A stretch of 26,846 bases of DNA from contig CAZTOS010000019.1 of the NCBI GenBank assembly GCA_964615185.1, positions 1 through 26,846 of the forward strand. Reading direction: 5' to 3'. Under the pieces are notes generated by a model. It had not been told where the DNA came from. It did not search any database and worked only from the letters and a program-made list of their open reading frames with translations. The position numbers were made by a program, and so were the translations under genes. The DNA is from an uncultured Thermococci archaeon (lineage in GTDB: Archaea; Methanobacteriota_B; Thermococci; Thermococcales; Thermococcaceae). Positions 19,409-26,846 of the stretch are shown here, piece after piece; position 1 is the first letter of the stretch; the number at the start of each line of letters is the position of its first letter.

Positions 19409-21586
19409 ATGAGAAAGGTGTTACCAGCGTTGTTTTTAATTGCAATTTTGGGTTTTGCAGTAGTTGCCAGTGGATGTATTGGTGGAGAAAAGACAACTAC
19501 TCCCACTTCAACTCAGACTGCAACTCAGACCACGACTCAAACCTCAACAGCATCTTCCCCGACTAAAACCGCAACTCAAACCCAAGCACAAAAGCCAAAG
19601 GGTGTAACACCTGCAATTCTTGAGCTTGGTAAAGTTACTGTAATTGAAACTGACAAATCCGTTATAGTTGTTGGTCCAAAGGGTGAAAATCCAACTGTTT
19701 CATTGCCAAGTGGTAAGAAGGTGATTAGGGTAAGTTATGTTGTTGATGAAGCTAACACTCCAGATATCAAAAAACTTATGGAAGAAGGACAAGGTTTTGG
19801 TGCTATAGACCCAGCATTCTTTAGAAACACAAATGTTGATGCTCTTGTTATAGCAGCAAGAAGACAGACCGACCCGGCTATAAGAACAGAGTTGTTTAAG
19901 GCACTTTACATCTTAGGGAACTACTATGTACCAGAGGTGATCATTGGGCAGAACAGACAATTGCGTGTTTACTGGAGCTGGGTTAAGGGAAGATACTACC
20001 ACCCAACTTTCCCAGAGAGATACGACCTTCTCTGGGAGGATTCAAATGCTCCAAGTGTTGACATCGGTATCGGCACCTATAAGAACGATGCTGAAACCTA
20101 TGTTATAGGTACAATTGGATGGCCAGAGAGCTTTGACCCAGCTTGGACTTATGAGACCTTTGGATGGGAAATCTGGCATGAAATCGGTGATACCCTTGTT
20201 ACATACTGGAAAGAGGAGACAGAAGAAGTTTCACCTGATTTGGCAGTCGCATGGGCACACAACGAAGACGGTACAGAGTGGTACTTTGTCATTAGGGGAG
20301 GAGTTAAGGCTTATGATCCATGGAATGACAAGACATATCCAATTGATGCAACAGATGTTGCCTTTACCTTCTGGCGTGTCCAAAGATTAGGACACAGCGT
20401 TTCATGGATGGTTGCTGACTTCATGGACATTAGCAAGTCACAAGCTCTAACTGAGAAAGAGTTTGAGGACGTTCTTAAGAGCGAGAAGCTTATTGCAGAA
20501 TACAAGGGTAAGACAATTGAAGTCAAGTCACTCAATGACCTTCTCAGCCTCTTTGGTTATAACGGAGAAACAGCTGGAGTTTACAAGCTTGTCCTCCCAG
20601 CACCATATGCCCCGGTCCTTGGTATCTTAGCTGACTCATTCCTCTCAGTAGTTCCAATGGAGTACCTCCTTGGAGATAAATATGAGGAAGCATTAAAGGC
20701 ATCAAATTACGGTAAGAATCCAGATGCTTGGGAGCCATATGTCCAAGAGGGGGAGCAGGATCCAACTCACCAGCTTATGCACAAGAAGCCTGTTGGAACT
20801 GGAGCATATTATGTTAAAGAGTACCAGGAGAACTCATACATAGTCCTTGAGCTCAACCCATACTACTGGAACAAAGACATATGGAACAACGTCAAGCCAC
20901 TCCACAAGAGGGTTATCTATGTCATAAACAATGACGCTGTTTCAAGAATTCAGCTCTTCCAGACAGGAACAGTTGATGCTGTTGCAACACCACCCGAAAG
21001 AATCAACGACGTTAAGGGATTGAAGCTTGATGGATTTGAGTCAATAGTCCAGACTGACTTACTACAGCCAATACTTACATTCATAGTCTTCAACACTTAC
21101 AAAGAGCCCTTCAACAACGTTAAGGTCAGACAAGCCTTAGCTTATGCAATTCCATACGACCAGATTGCACAGACAGTCTACTCAGGCTTGCTTGAGAGGA
21201 ACTGGGGTCCAATTCCAAAGCCATGGCCAGGCTATACAGAGCAGGGAATAATCAAATATGACTACAACTTAGCAAAGGCACAGAAGCTCTTGAAGGAGTC
21301 AGGTATTGATCCAACCAAGTACAAGATTGAGCTCATCTACAACGCTGGAAACTCAGCACGTGAGAAGATAATGACCCTTCTCCAGAACATCTGGAGCCAG
21401 CTTGGATTCCAAGTTACAGTGGCAAGTTATGAATGGCCAGTCTATTTAGGAAAGGTCAGCAAGGGTGACTTCGACGTCTACGTTGTCGGCTGGGTGCCAG
21501 ATTACCTCGACTCAGACAACTGGGTTGGACCATTCCTCTATGGTGCAACTAAGTTCAAAGAGCTTAATGTTGAAGTTTCAGGCTGA
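19409..21586 (+). CDS. ABC transporter solute-binding lipoprotein, family 5 (DppA/OppA-like)
   Basis: Signal peptide with VASGC lipobox, Thr-rich linker, SFDPA, PDLA..W, PVGTGAY, FN...PFNNVKVRQAL.YAI, GW.PDY.D. Confidence 0.95.
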   Translation: MRKVLPALFLIAILGFAVVASGCIGGEKTTTPTSTQTATQTTTQTSTASSPTKTATQTQAQKPKGVTPAILELGKVTVIETDKSVIVVGPKGENPTVSLPSGKKVIRVSYVVDEANTPDIKKLMEEGQGFGAIDPAFFRNTNVDALVIAARRQTDPAIRTELFKALYILGNYYVPEVIIGQNRQLRVYWSWVKGRYYHPTFPERYDLLWEDSNAPSVDIGIGTYKNDAETYVIGTIGWPESFDPAWTYETFGWEIWHEIGDTLVTYWKEETEEVSPDLAVAWAHNEDGTEWYFVIRGGVKAYDPWNDKTYPIDATDVAFTFWRVQRLGHSVSWMVADFMDISKSQALTEKEFEDVLKSEKLIAEYKGKTIEVKSLNDLLSLFGYNGETAGVYKLVLPAPYAPVLGILADSFLSVVPMEYLLGDKYEEALKASNYGKNPDAWEPYVQEGEQDPTHQLMHKKPVGTGAYYVKEYQENSYIVLELNPYYWNKDIWNNVKPLHKRVIYVINNDAVSRIQLFQTGTVDAVATPPERINDVKGLKLDGFESIVQTDLLQPILTFIVFNTYKEPFNNVKVRQALAYAIPYDQIAQTVYSGLLERNWGPIPKPWPGYTEQGIIKYDYNLAKAQKLLKESGIDPTKYKIELIYNAGNSAREKIMTLLQNIWSQLGFQVTVASYEWPVYLGKVSKGDFDVYVVGWVPDYLDSDNWVGPFLYGATKFKELNVEVSG

Positions 21587-21606
21587 GCTTTCTTTTCTTT
21601 AATTTT
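21587..21606 (+). terminator. T-rich archaeal terminator/attenuator after the binding-protein gene
   Basis: GCTTTCTTTTCTTTAATTTT directly after the stop codon. Confidence 0.5.
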
Positions 21607-21656
21607 AAATTTCAGCTACTCCAATAAACTGCAAAAGCTTAATTGGAGGGACGGAA

Positions 21657-22658
21657 ATGGCTGATCTCAAGAAATTCTTAATCAGAAGGATTCTGACATT
21701 TATTCCTACTATAGTTGGAGTGACTATCATCGTTTTCCTAATAGCATATGTGATCCCTGCAGATCCCGCTAAAGCTTGGGCTGGGGGTGAAAAAGCATCT
21801 CCAGAGGCTGTTGAGAGAATCAAGGAGAGGTATCACTTAAATGAGCCTTGGTATGATCAATACTGGTTTTTGATAAAAGGTTTGGCAACAAATACCCTGA
21901 TTGATCCAAGAACATCAAATCCTGTGTTTGATGATATTAGAGATCGTTTTCCCGTGACATTTCAGCTGGCTATAATCGCGTTCACCTTTATGATACTAAT
22001 TGGGATTCCCCTCGGTTTAATCTCGGCATTAAAACGTAACACATGGATAGACACCCTTGTTAGGATTTTTGCACTTATTGGAGTTTCAACACCTGTTTTT
22101 TGGTTGGGTTATCTGCTTCTGTTTGTGTTCTTTGTGAAGTTTAGGATAACTAACCTGGCCGGAGTTCCTCCAGCGCCATCAGTTCAAATTACCCATGTTC
22201 CAATAATTGATGCACTCCTTACAGGAAAATTCACGCTCTTTAAGCAACATTTGGCAAGATTTTGGCTCCCCGGGTTTGTGCTTGGATTTATGGGTACGGG
22301 GGTACTGGCAAGGTTTGTCAGAAACTCCTTCCTTGAAGCCCTTAGCGGTGATTATATACAATTCCTAAAAGCTAAGGGAGTTCCAAAGCTGAGAATGTAC
22401 AGACATGCCCTTAAAAATGCCTTAGTCCCAATCGTTACAGTTCTTGGTCTTCAATTTGGAGGTCTATTGGCTGGAACACCAATCACTGAGACTGTCTTCG
22501 CCTTACCAGGAATGGGAAGGTATGCAATTCTTTCAATTCAGAATCTTGACTTTCCAGCGGTTGTGGCAATAACGTTCATCTATGCAATAATTTACGTTAC
22601 CGCAAATTTGGTGGTTGATATACTCTATGCAGTAATCGATCCAAGGGTTAGATACTGA
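21657..22658 (+). CDS. dppB: Peptide ABC transporter permease (DppB/OppB)
   Basis: PADPA, R.P.T.QLA, AKG......HALKNA, ETVF..PG.G and DPRVRY motifs. Confidence 0.93.
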   Translation: MADLKKFLIRRILTFIPTIVGVTIIVFLIAYVIPADPAKAWAGGEKASPEAVERIKERYHLNEPWYDQYWFLIKGLATNTLIDPRTSNPVFDDIRDRFPVTFQLAIIAFTFMILIGIPLGLISALKRNTWIDTLVRIFALIGVSTPVFWLGYLLLFVFFVKFRITNLAGVPPAPSVQITHVPIIDALLTGKFTLFKQHLARFWLPGFVLGFMGTGVLARFVRNSFLEALSGDYIQFLKAKGVPKLRMYRHALKNALVPIVTVLGLQFGGLLAGTPITETVFALPGMGRYAILSIQNLDFPAVVAITFIYAIIYVTANLVVDILYAVIDPRVRY

Positions 22659-22668
22659 GGTGATCAAG

Positions 22669-23826
22669 ATGCAAGAGGAATACAAAAAAAGCATTTTGGA
22701 TAAGCTTGCAGATAAAATTGTTTATGGGCTTGGTTCATTCATAAGCTTATTCAAAAAGGGTTGGAAAGAGAGGAATAAATCAAAGATGGAAGAATGGCGT
22801 TTAATGCTCTATGCACTAAATCGTTCACCACCAGCTCTAATTGGATTATTCTTTGTGATCCTGTTCATCTTAGTGGGGATCTTTGGACCAAGATTGGCTC
22901 ACTGGAGATACAATTTCTTCCCGATGCTCTATACAAAGAGCTACGATAAAATAATACTGGCACCCCCAGGAAGCAAGTTTGTCCTTGACTATTATAACAA
23001 CACAGTGATAACCTTCCCCCTTGGTTCAGATCACTACGGTAGGGATCTGCTTAGTTTAATTTTTAGCGGTGCCAGGACAAGCTTTGTGATCTCAATAATA
23101 GTCATATCCCTTGGAGTACCCCTTGGAATAATCCTTGGTCTCATAGCTGGTTATTATGGTGGAAAAGTTGACGAGCTAATAATGCGTATAACGGACATGT
23201 TCCTTGCATTTCCAGCATTGATTCTGGCAATCGCATTATCGGCAGTTCTGCCCGAAAGAATTCAGAACTTTATTTCAGCTCATGAGGCTGTGCAGAAGTT
23301 TGTGTTGTGGCTGTTTGCCTTGGATGTTAGAGAAGCTGGGAACCTTGGAAGACTTTTGGCAGTTATATTAGCAATGATTATCGTTTGGTGGCCAGCTTAT
23401 GCGAGAATAACAAGGGGTTCAACTCTAACAGAAAAGGAGAAGCTGTACATAGAAGCGGCAAGGGCTATAGGACTGCCAGCAAGAACGATAATGTTCAAAC
23501 ACATACTGCCAAACATAATTGGGCCTATATTGGTGTACATAACACTTGACTTTGGTGGAGTAATCCTTATGGAAGCAGGATTGAGCTTTCTTGGATTAGG
23601 TGCAACGCCGCCAATAGCTGATTGGGGTAGGATAGTCTACGATGGAGCCCAGTACTTCCCGAAGGCATGGTGGTTGGTGTTTTATCCAGGTTTGGTTGTC
23701 ATGCTTGTAGCATTGGGCTGGAATCTGCTTGGTGATGGTCTCAGAGACATACTTGATCCAAAAACAAGGAGAAGCATTGAATTCAAGGTAAAGAAGAGCA
23801 AGAAGGAGGGTGAGGCAAATGCCTGA
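22669..23826 (+). CDS. dppC: Peptide ABC transporter permease (DppC/OppC)
   Basis: LGSDHYGRD, EAARAIG, HILPN, LSFLGLG...P..DWG and GDGLRDILDP motifs. Confidence 0.93.
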   Translation: MQEEYKKSILDKLADKIVYGLGSFISLFKKGWKERNKSKMEEWRLMLYALNRSPPALIGLFFVILFILVGIFGPRLAHWRYNFFPMLYTKSYDKIILAPPGSKFVLDYYNNTVITFPLGSDHYGRDLLSLIFSGARTSFVISIIVISLGVPLGIILGLIAGYYGGKVDELIMRITDMFLAFPALILAIALSAVLPERIQNFISAHEAVQKFVLWLFALDVREAGNLGRLLAVILAMIIVWWPAYARITRGSTLTEKEKLYIEAARAIGLPARTIMFKHILPNIIGPILVYITLDFGGVILMEAGLSFLGLGATPPIADWGRIVYDGAQYFPKAWWLVFYPGLVVMLVALGWNLLGDGLRDILDPKTRRSIEFKVKKSKKEGEANA

Positions 23827-24799
23827 GCCAATTTTGCAAGTTAGAAACTTAACTGTTCACTTCTACACTTACGCCGGAATAGTTAAGGCAATAGAAAGAG
23901 TTTCCTTTGATGTGTACAGGGGTGAAACTTTCGCATTGGTTGGAGAAACGGGCTGTGGAAAAAGCGTAACCTCAAGGGCATTAACTCAGCTGATTGAAAG
24001 TCCTGGAAGAATCGTTGAGGGTGAAGTGTTATATTATAAAGAAGATGGAACGGTTGTTGATCTCCTTAAACTTAATGAAGAACAGATTAGAGAAATTAGA
24101 GGCAATGAAATTGCATATATCTTCCAAGATCCTCATGCTTCACTCGATCCCCTTTATACAGTAGGTTATCAGATAGGAGAGGCAATGGAAGTTCATGGAA
24201 AGGTTGAGAACATAAAAGAGGGTATAAAAAGGGCAATTGATATTTTGAAATCCGTGTTGATTCCAGATCCTGAAAATAGAGTTAAGAACTATCCTCATGA
24301 GCTAAGCGGTGGCATGAAGCAGAGAGTGGTTATTGGAATTGGAATTGCAAACAATCCAAAGATTCTCATTGCTGATGAGCCTACAACAGCTTTGGATGTT
24401 ACAGTCCAAGCCCAGATCCTTGACTTGATTAATCAGCTCAAAGAAAAATACAAGGCAACGGTCATTTTGATCACGCACAACTTAGGTGTTGTTGCTGAAA
24501 CTGCTGATAGGGTAGCTGTGATGTACGCCGGAAAGATAGTTGAGATTGGCTCAGTGGAGCAGATCTTCAAGAATCCTTTACATCCATACACCAAGGGTCT
24601 TCTCAAGGCTGTGCCAAATCCGATGACAAAGATTGAGCGCTTAGAGGCCATTCCGGGAACAGTGCCTAATCTAATCACACCGCCAAGCGGTTGCAGATTC
24701 CATCCAAGATGTCCATTTGCAACAGAGGTATGCAAGCGGAAAATACCTGAGCTGAAGGAGCTTGAGGATGGACATTTTGTAGCATGTCACCTTTACTGA
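23819..24799 (+). CDS. dppD: Peptide ABC transporter ATP-binding protein (DppD/OppD)
   Basis: GETGCGKS, LSGGMKQR, ADEPT, HPYT and C-terminal CRFHPRC...C...CH motifs. ATG 23819 follows GGAGGGTGA. Confidence 0.95.
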   Translation: MPEPILQVRNLTVHFYTYAGIVKAIERVSFDVYRGETFALVGETGCGKSVTSRALTQLIESPGRIVEGEVLYYKEDGTVVDLLKLNEEQIREIRGNEIAYIFQDPHASLDPLYTVGYQIGEAMEVHGKVENIKEGIKRAIDILKSVLIPDPENRVKNYPHELSGGMKQRVVIGIGIANNPKILIADEPTTALDVTVQAQILDLINQLKEKYKATVILITHNLGVVAETADRVAVMYAGKIVEIGSVEQIFKNPLHPYTKGLLKAVPNPMTKIERLEAIPGTVPNLITPPSGCRFHPRCPFATEVCKRKIPELKELEDGHFVACHLY

Positions 24800-24808
24800 G
24801 GTGAGAGC

Positions 24809-25783
24809 ATGAAGAAAGTGTTGGAAGTTAAACATCTCAAAAAGTACTTCCCCGTGAAAGGCTTATTCTTCACAAAAGGCTGGGTTAAGGCAGTTGATGA
24901 CATAAGCTTTGAGATATACAAGGGTGAAACCTTTGGTTTGGTGGGAGAGAGCGGTTGTGGCAAGACGACAACCGGAAGAACAATCCTCCGTTTGATAGAG
25001 CCAACTGCTGGAGAAATCCTCTTTGAAGGCAAGAATGTTATGGAGCTTAAAGGTGATGAGCTCAAATGGTTCAGGAGGAAAGCCCAAATAATGTTCCAAG
25101 ATCCGTATTCATCTCTAAATCCAAGGCAGACAGTGTTTGAAATAATCATGGAGCCTGTTAGATTTCATGGTATTGAAGTTAATGATCCTGAAGAATTTGT
25201 AGTAAACCTCCTGAAAAGTGTTGGACTCAACGAGATGCACCTCTACAGGTATCCTCATGAGTTCAGTGGTGGGCAGAGGCAGAGAATTGCTCTGGCCAGG
25301 ATAATGGCGCTTAAGCCAGAGTTCATAGTACTTGATGAGCCAACTTCAGCTCTTGACGTTTCAGTTCAAGCTAACATCCTAAACACTCTCAAGGACTTGC
25401 AGGAAAAGCATGGATTTACATATCTCTTCATCTCCCACGATTTAGGTGTCGTCAAGTACATGAGCCATAGAATGGGAGTCATGTATCTTGGAAAGCTCGT
25501 CGAAGTTGGTCCAGCTGATAAAATTTTCGAAAATCCACTCCATCCCTACACTCAAATGCTCCTCTCAGCTATTCCAGTTCCAGACCCAGAAATGGCTAAA
25601 GAAATTAAAGCAAAGCGTAAGATTGTTAGAGGTGAACCTCCAAGTCCAATAAATCCTCCAGCTGGATGCAGATTCCACCCAAGATGTCCGTTTGCAAAGG
25701 ATATGTGCAAAAAAGAAGAGCCTCCAATGGTTAAGGTTGAGAAAGACCACTATGTTGCATGCTGGCTTTACGCTAAATCCTGA
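24809..25783 (+). CDS. dppF: Peptide ABC transporter ATP-binding protein (DppF/OppF)
   Basis: GESGCGKT, FSGGQRQR, LDEPT, HPYT and CRFHPRC motifs. Confidence 0.95.
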   Translation: MKKVLEVKHLKKYFPVKGLFFTKGWVKAVDDISFEIYKGETFGLVGESGCGKTTTGRTILRLIEPTAGEILFEGKNVMELKGDELKWFRRKAQIMFQDPYSSLNPRQTVFEIIMEPVRFHGIEVNDPEEFVVNLLKSVGLNEMHLYRYPHEFSGGQRQRIALARIMALKPEFIVLDEPTSALDVSVQANILNTLKDLQEKHGFTYLFISHDLGVVKYMSHRMGVMYLGKLVEVGPADKIFENPLHPYTQMLLSAIPVPDPEMAKEIKAKRKIVRGEPPSPINPPAGCRFHPRCPFAKDMCKKEEPPMVKVEKDHYVACWLYAKS

Positions 25784-26342
25784 GCATCAGAGCCTCTCTA
25801 AAACCTTCATCAATCTCCAAGAGCTGTGTATAGATGCTGTCTTTTTCTCCTTTTTCATTGAAAATTTCTCCGTTTCTGAGTTCAATCTTGTAGTAGAGGT
25901 ATTCTTTTGGGACTATCTTGACCTTACCAAGTTCTGCGGGAGTTTTAACTCCAAGGATTTTTCTTAATATCGCCAGAGATAGCATGGCCTCTCTATTTTC
26001 TTTTGCAAGCTGCTCGTCTCTCTCTACGTGCCTTGAAAAACCAGTTGGAATTCCAATGAGCCTGAGAATATTCCATTTTCTCATATGTCTTAATCGTTTG
26101 TTCAGTTTTTCTCCAGAGCGTTCATAGACCTCAATAAATAGATTTTTTAAGAACCCCTCAATTTCATTCTTCTGTAAGAGTATTGGGAGAGGTTCTTCTG
26201 CGGTTTCCGATAGAGTTCTGTCTATTGGTCGGATTAAAGTGCTGACTCTTTCAATCCGCTCGAGCTTCTTTGAGAAGTGAGCATCAATCATGTACTCCTT
26301 CCCATTCACTTCAAATACCAAATAAGGCACTTCAACTTTCAT
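25773..26342 (-). CDS. Hypothetical soluble protein
   Basis: 189-aa ORF filling the gap between dppF and hel308 with typical composition. No family recognised. Confidence 0.75.
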   Translation of the reverse strand: MKVEVPYLVFEVNGKEYMIDAHFSKKLERIERVSTLIRPIDRTLSETAEEPLPILLQKNEIEGFLKNLFIEVYERSGEKLNKRLRHMRKWNILRLIGIPTGFSRHVERDEQLAKENREAMLSLAILRKILGVKTPAELGKVKIVPKEYLYYKIELRNGEIFNEKGEKDSIYTQLLEIDEGFREALMLRI

Positions 26343-26394
26343 GCCATTATCTAAACCAAAAGCCTATAAACGCTTTTCCCTTAGTGGATATGCA

Positions 26395-26846
26395 ATGCGG
26401 GTTGATGAGCTTTCAAGATTTGGTGTGGATGAGAGGATAATCAGGAAAATTAAAGAGCGCGGCATTAGTGAATTTTACCCTCCTCAGGCTGAGGCTTTGA
26501 AAAGCGGTGTTCTCAATGGAGAGAATTTGCTTTTGGCAATTCCAACAGCGAGCGGAAAAACCCTCGTCGCTGAAATTGTGATGCTCCACAAGCTCTTTAC
26601 TGAGGGAGGAAAGGCAGTTTATTTAGTCCCTCTTAAGGCTCTGGCCGAAGAAAAATACAGGGAGTTCAAAACATGGGAGGACTTGGGGGTTAGGGTTGCT
26701 GTAACGACCGGAGATTACGACAGCAGTGAAGAATGGCTTGGAAGGTATGACATAATCATAGCAACATCAGAGAAGTTTGACTCCCTCCTGAGGCATAAAT
26801 CGAGATGGATTAAAGATGTAAAGCTCATTGTTGCAGATGAAATTCA
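26395..26846 (+). CDS. hel308: Ski2-like ATP-dependent DNA helicase Hel308/Hjm (runs off window end)
   Basis: Manual translation gives MRVDELSRFGVDERIIRKIKERGISEFYPPQAEAL...IPTASGKT...PLKALAEEK...TGDYD...TSEKFDSLLRH...LIVADEI. Confidence 0.95.
   Translation, partial: MRVDELSRFGVDERIIRKIKERGISEFYPPQAEALKSGVLNGENLLLAIPTASGKTLVAEIVMLHKLFTEGGKAVYLVPLKALAEEKYREFKTWEDLGVRVAVTTGDYDSSEEWLGRYDIIIATSEKFDSLLRHKSRWIKDVKLIVADEI

Noticed and set aside
19490..19590. ACT/CAG-rich quasi-repeats
   Set aside because: They encode the ordinary Thr/Gln linker of the lipoprotein and are not a DNA repeat element.

Overview
This window is a gene-dense archaeal chromosome segment. Proteins, TTTATA boxes, GGTGA/GGAGG ribosome-binding sites and SurR motifs point to Thermococcales, probably Thermococcus. 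Most of it is housekeeping: deoC, an ECF S component, a class III aminotransferase, trxB, an AAA+ ATPase/membrane hydrolase pair, a THUMP protein, two Lrp/AsnC genes, queC, pyrD, SRP RNA, DUF99, cutA, acyP, an ACT regulator, EamA, gcvH, an NfnII/Xfn-type oxidoreductase pair, trmI, DUF257, srp19, a Dpp/Opp ABC operon and the start of hel308. Features not shown by the ORF track are: (1) three box C/D guide RNAs flanking the nfn operon, two forming a ~90-bp tandem promoter+sRNA duplication with diverged guides; (2) a family-5 solute-binding protein that appears circularly permuted; (3) extended SurR sites at the nfn and Lrp promoters; (4) a CAAGT-N4-ACTTG palindrome shared by two intergenic regions; (5) an AT-rich patch of small orphan membrane-protein genes around the SRP RNA, two of them disrupted. 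No CRISPR array, transposase, integrase or tRNA was seen. All family and rRNA-target assignments come from motif recognition and recalled sequence, not database searches.
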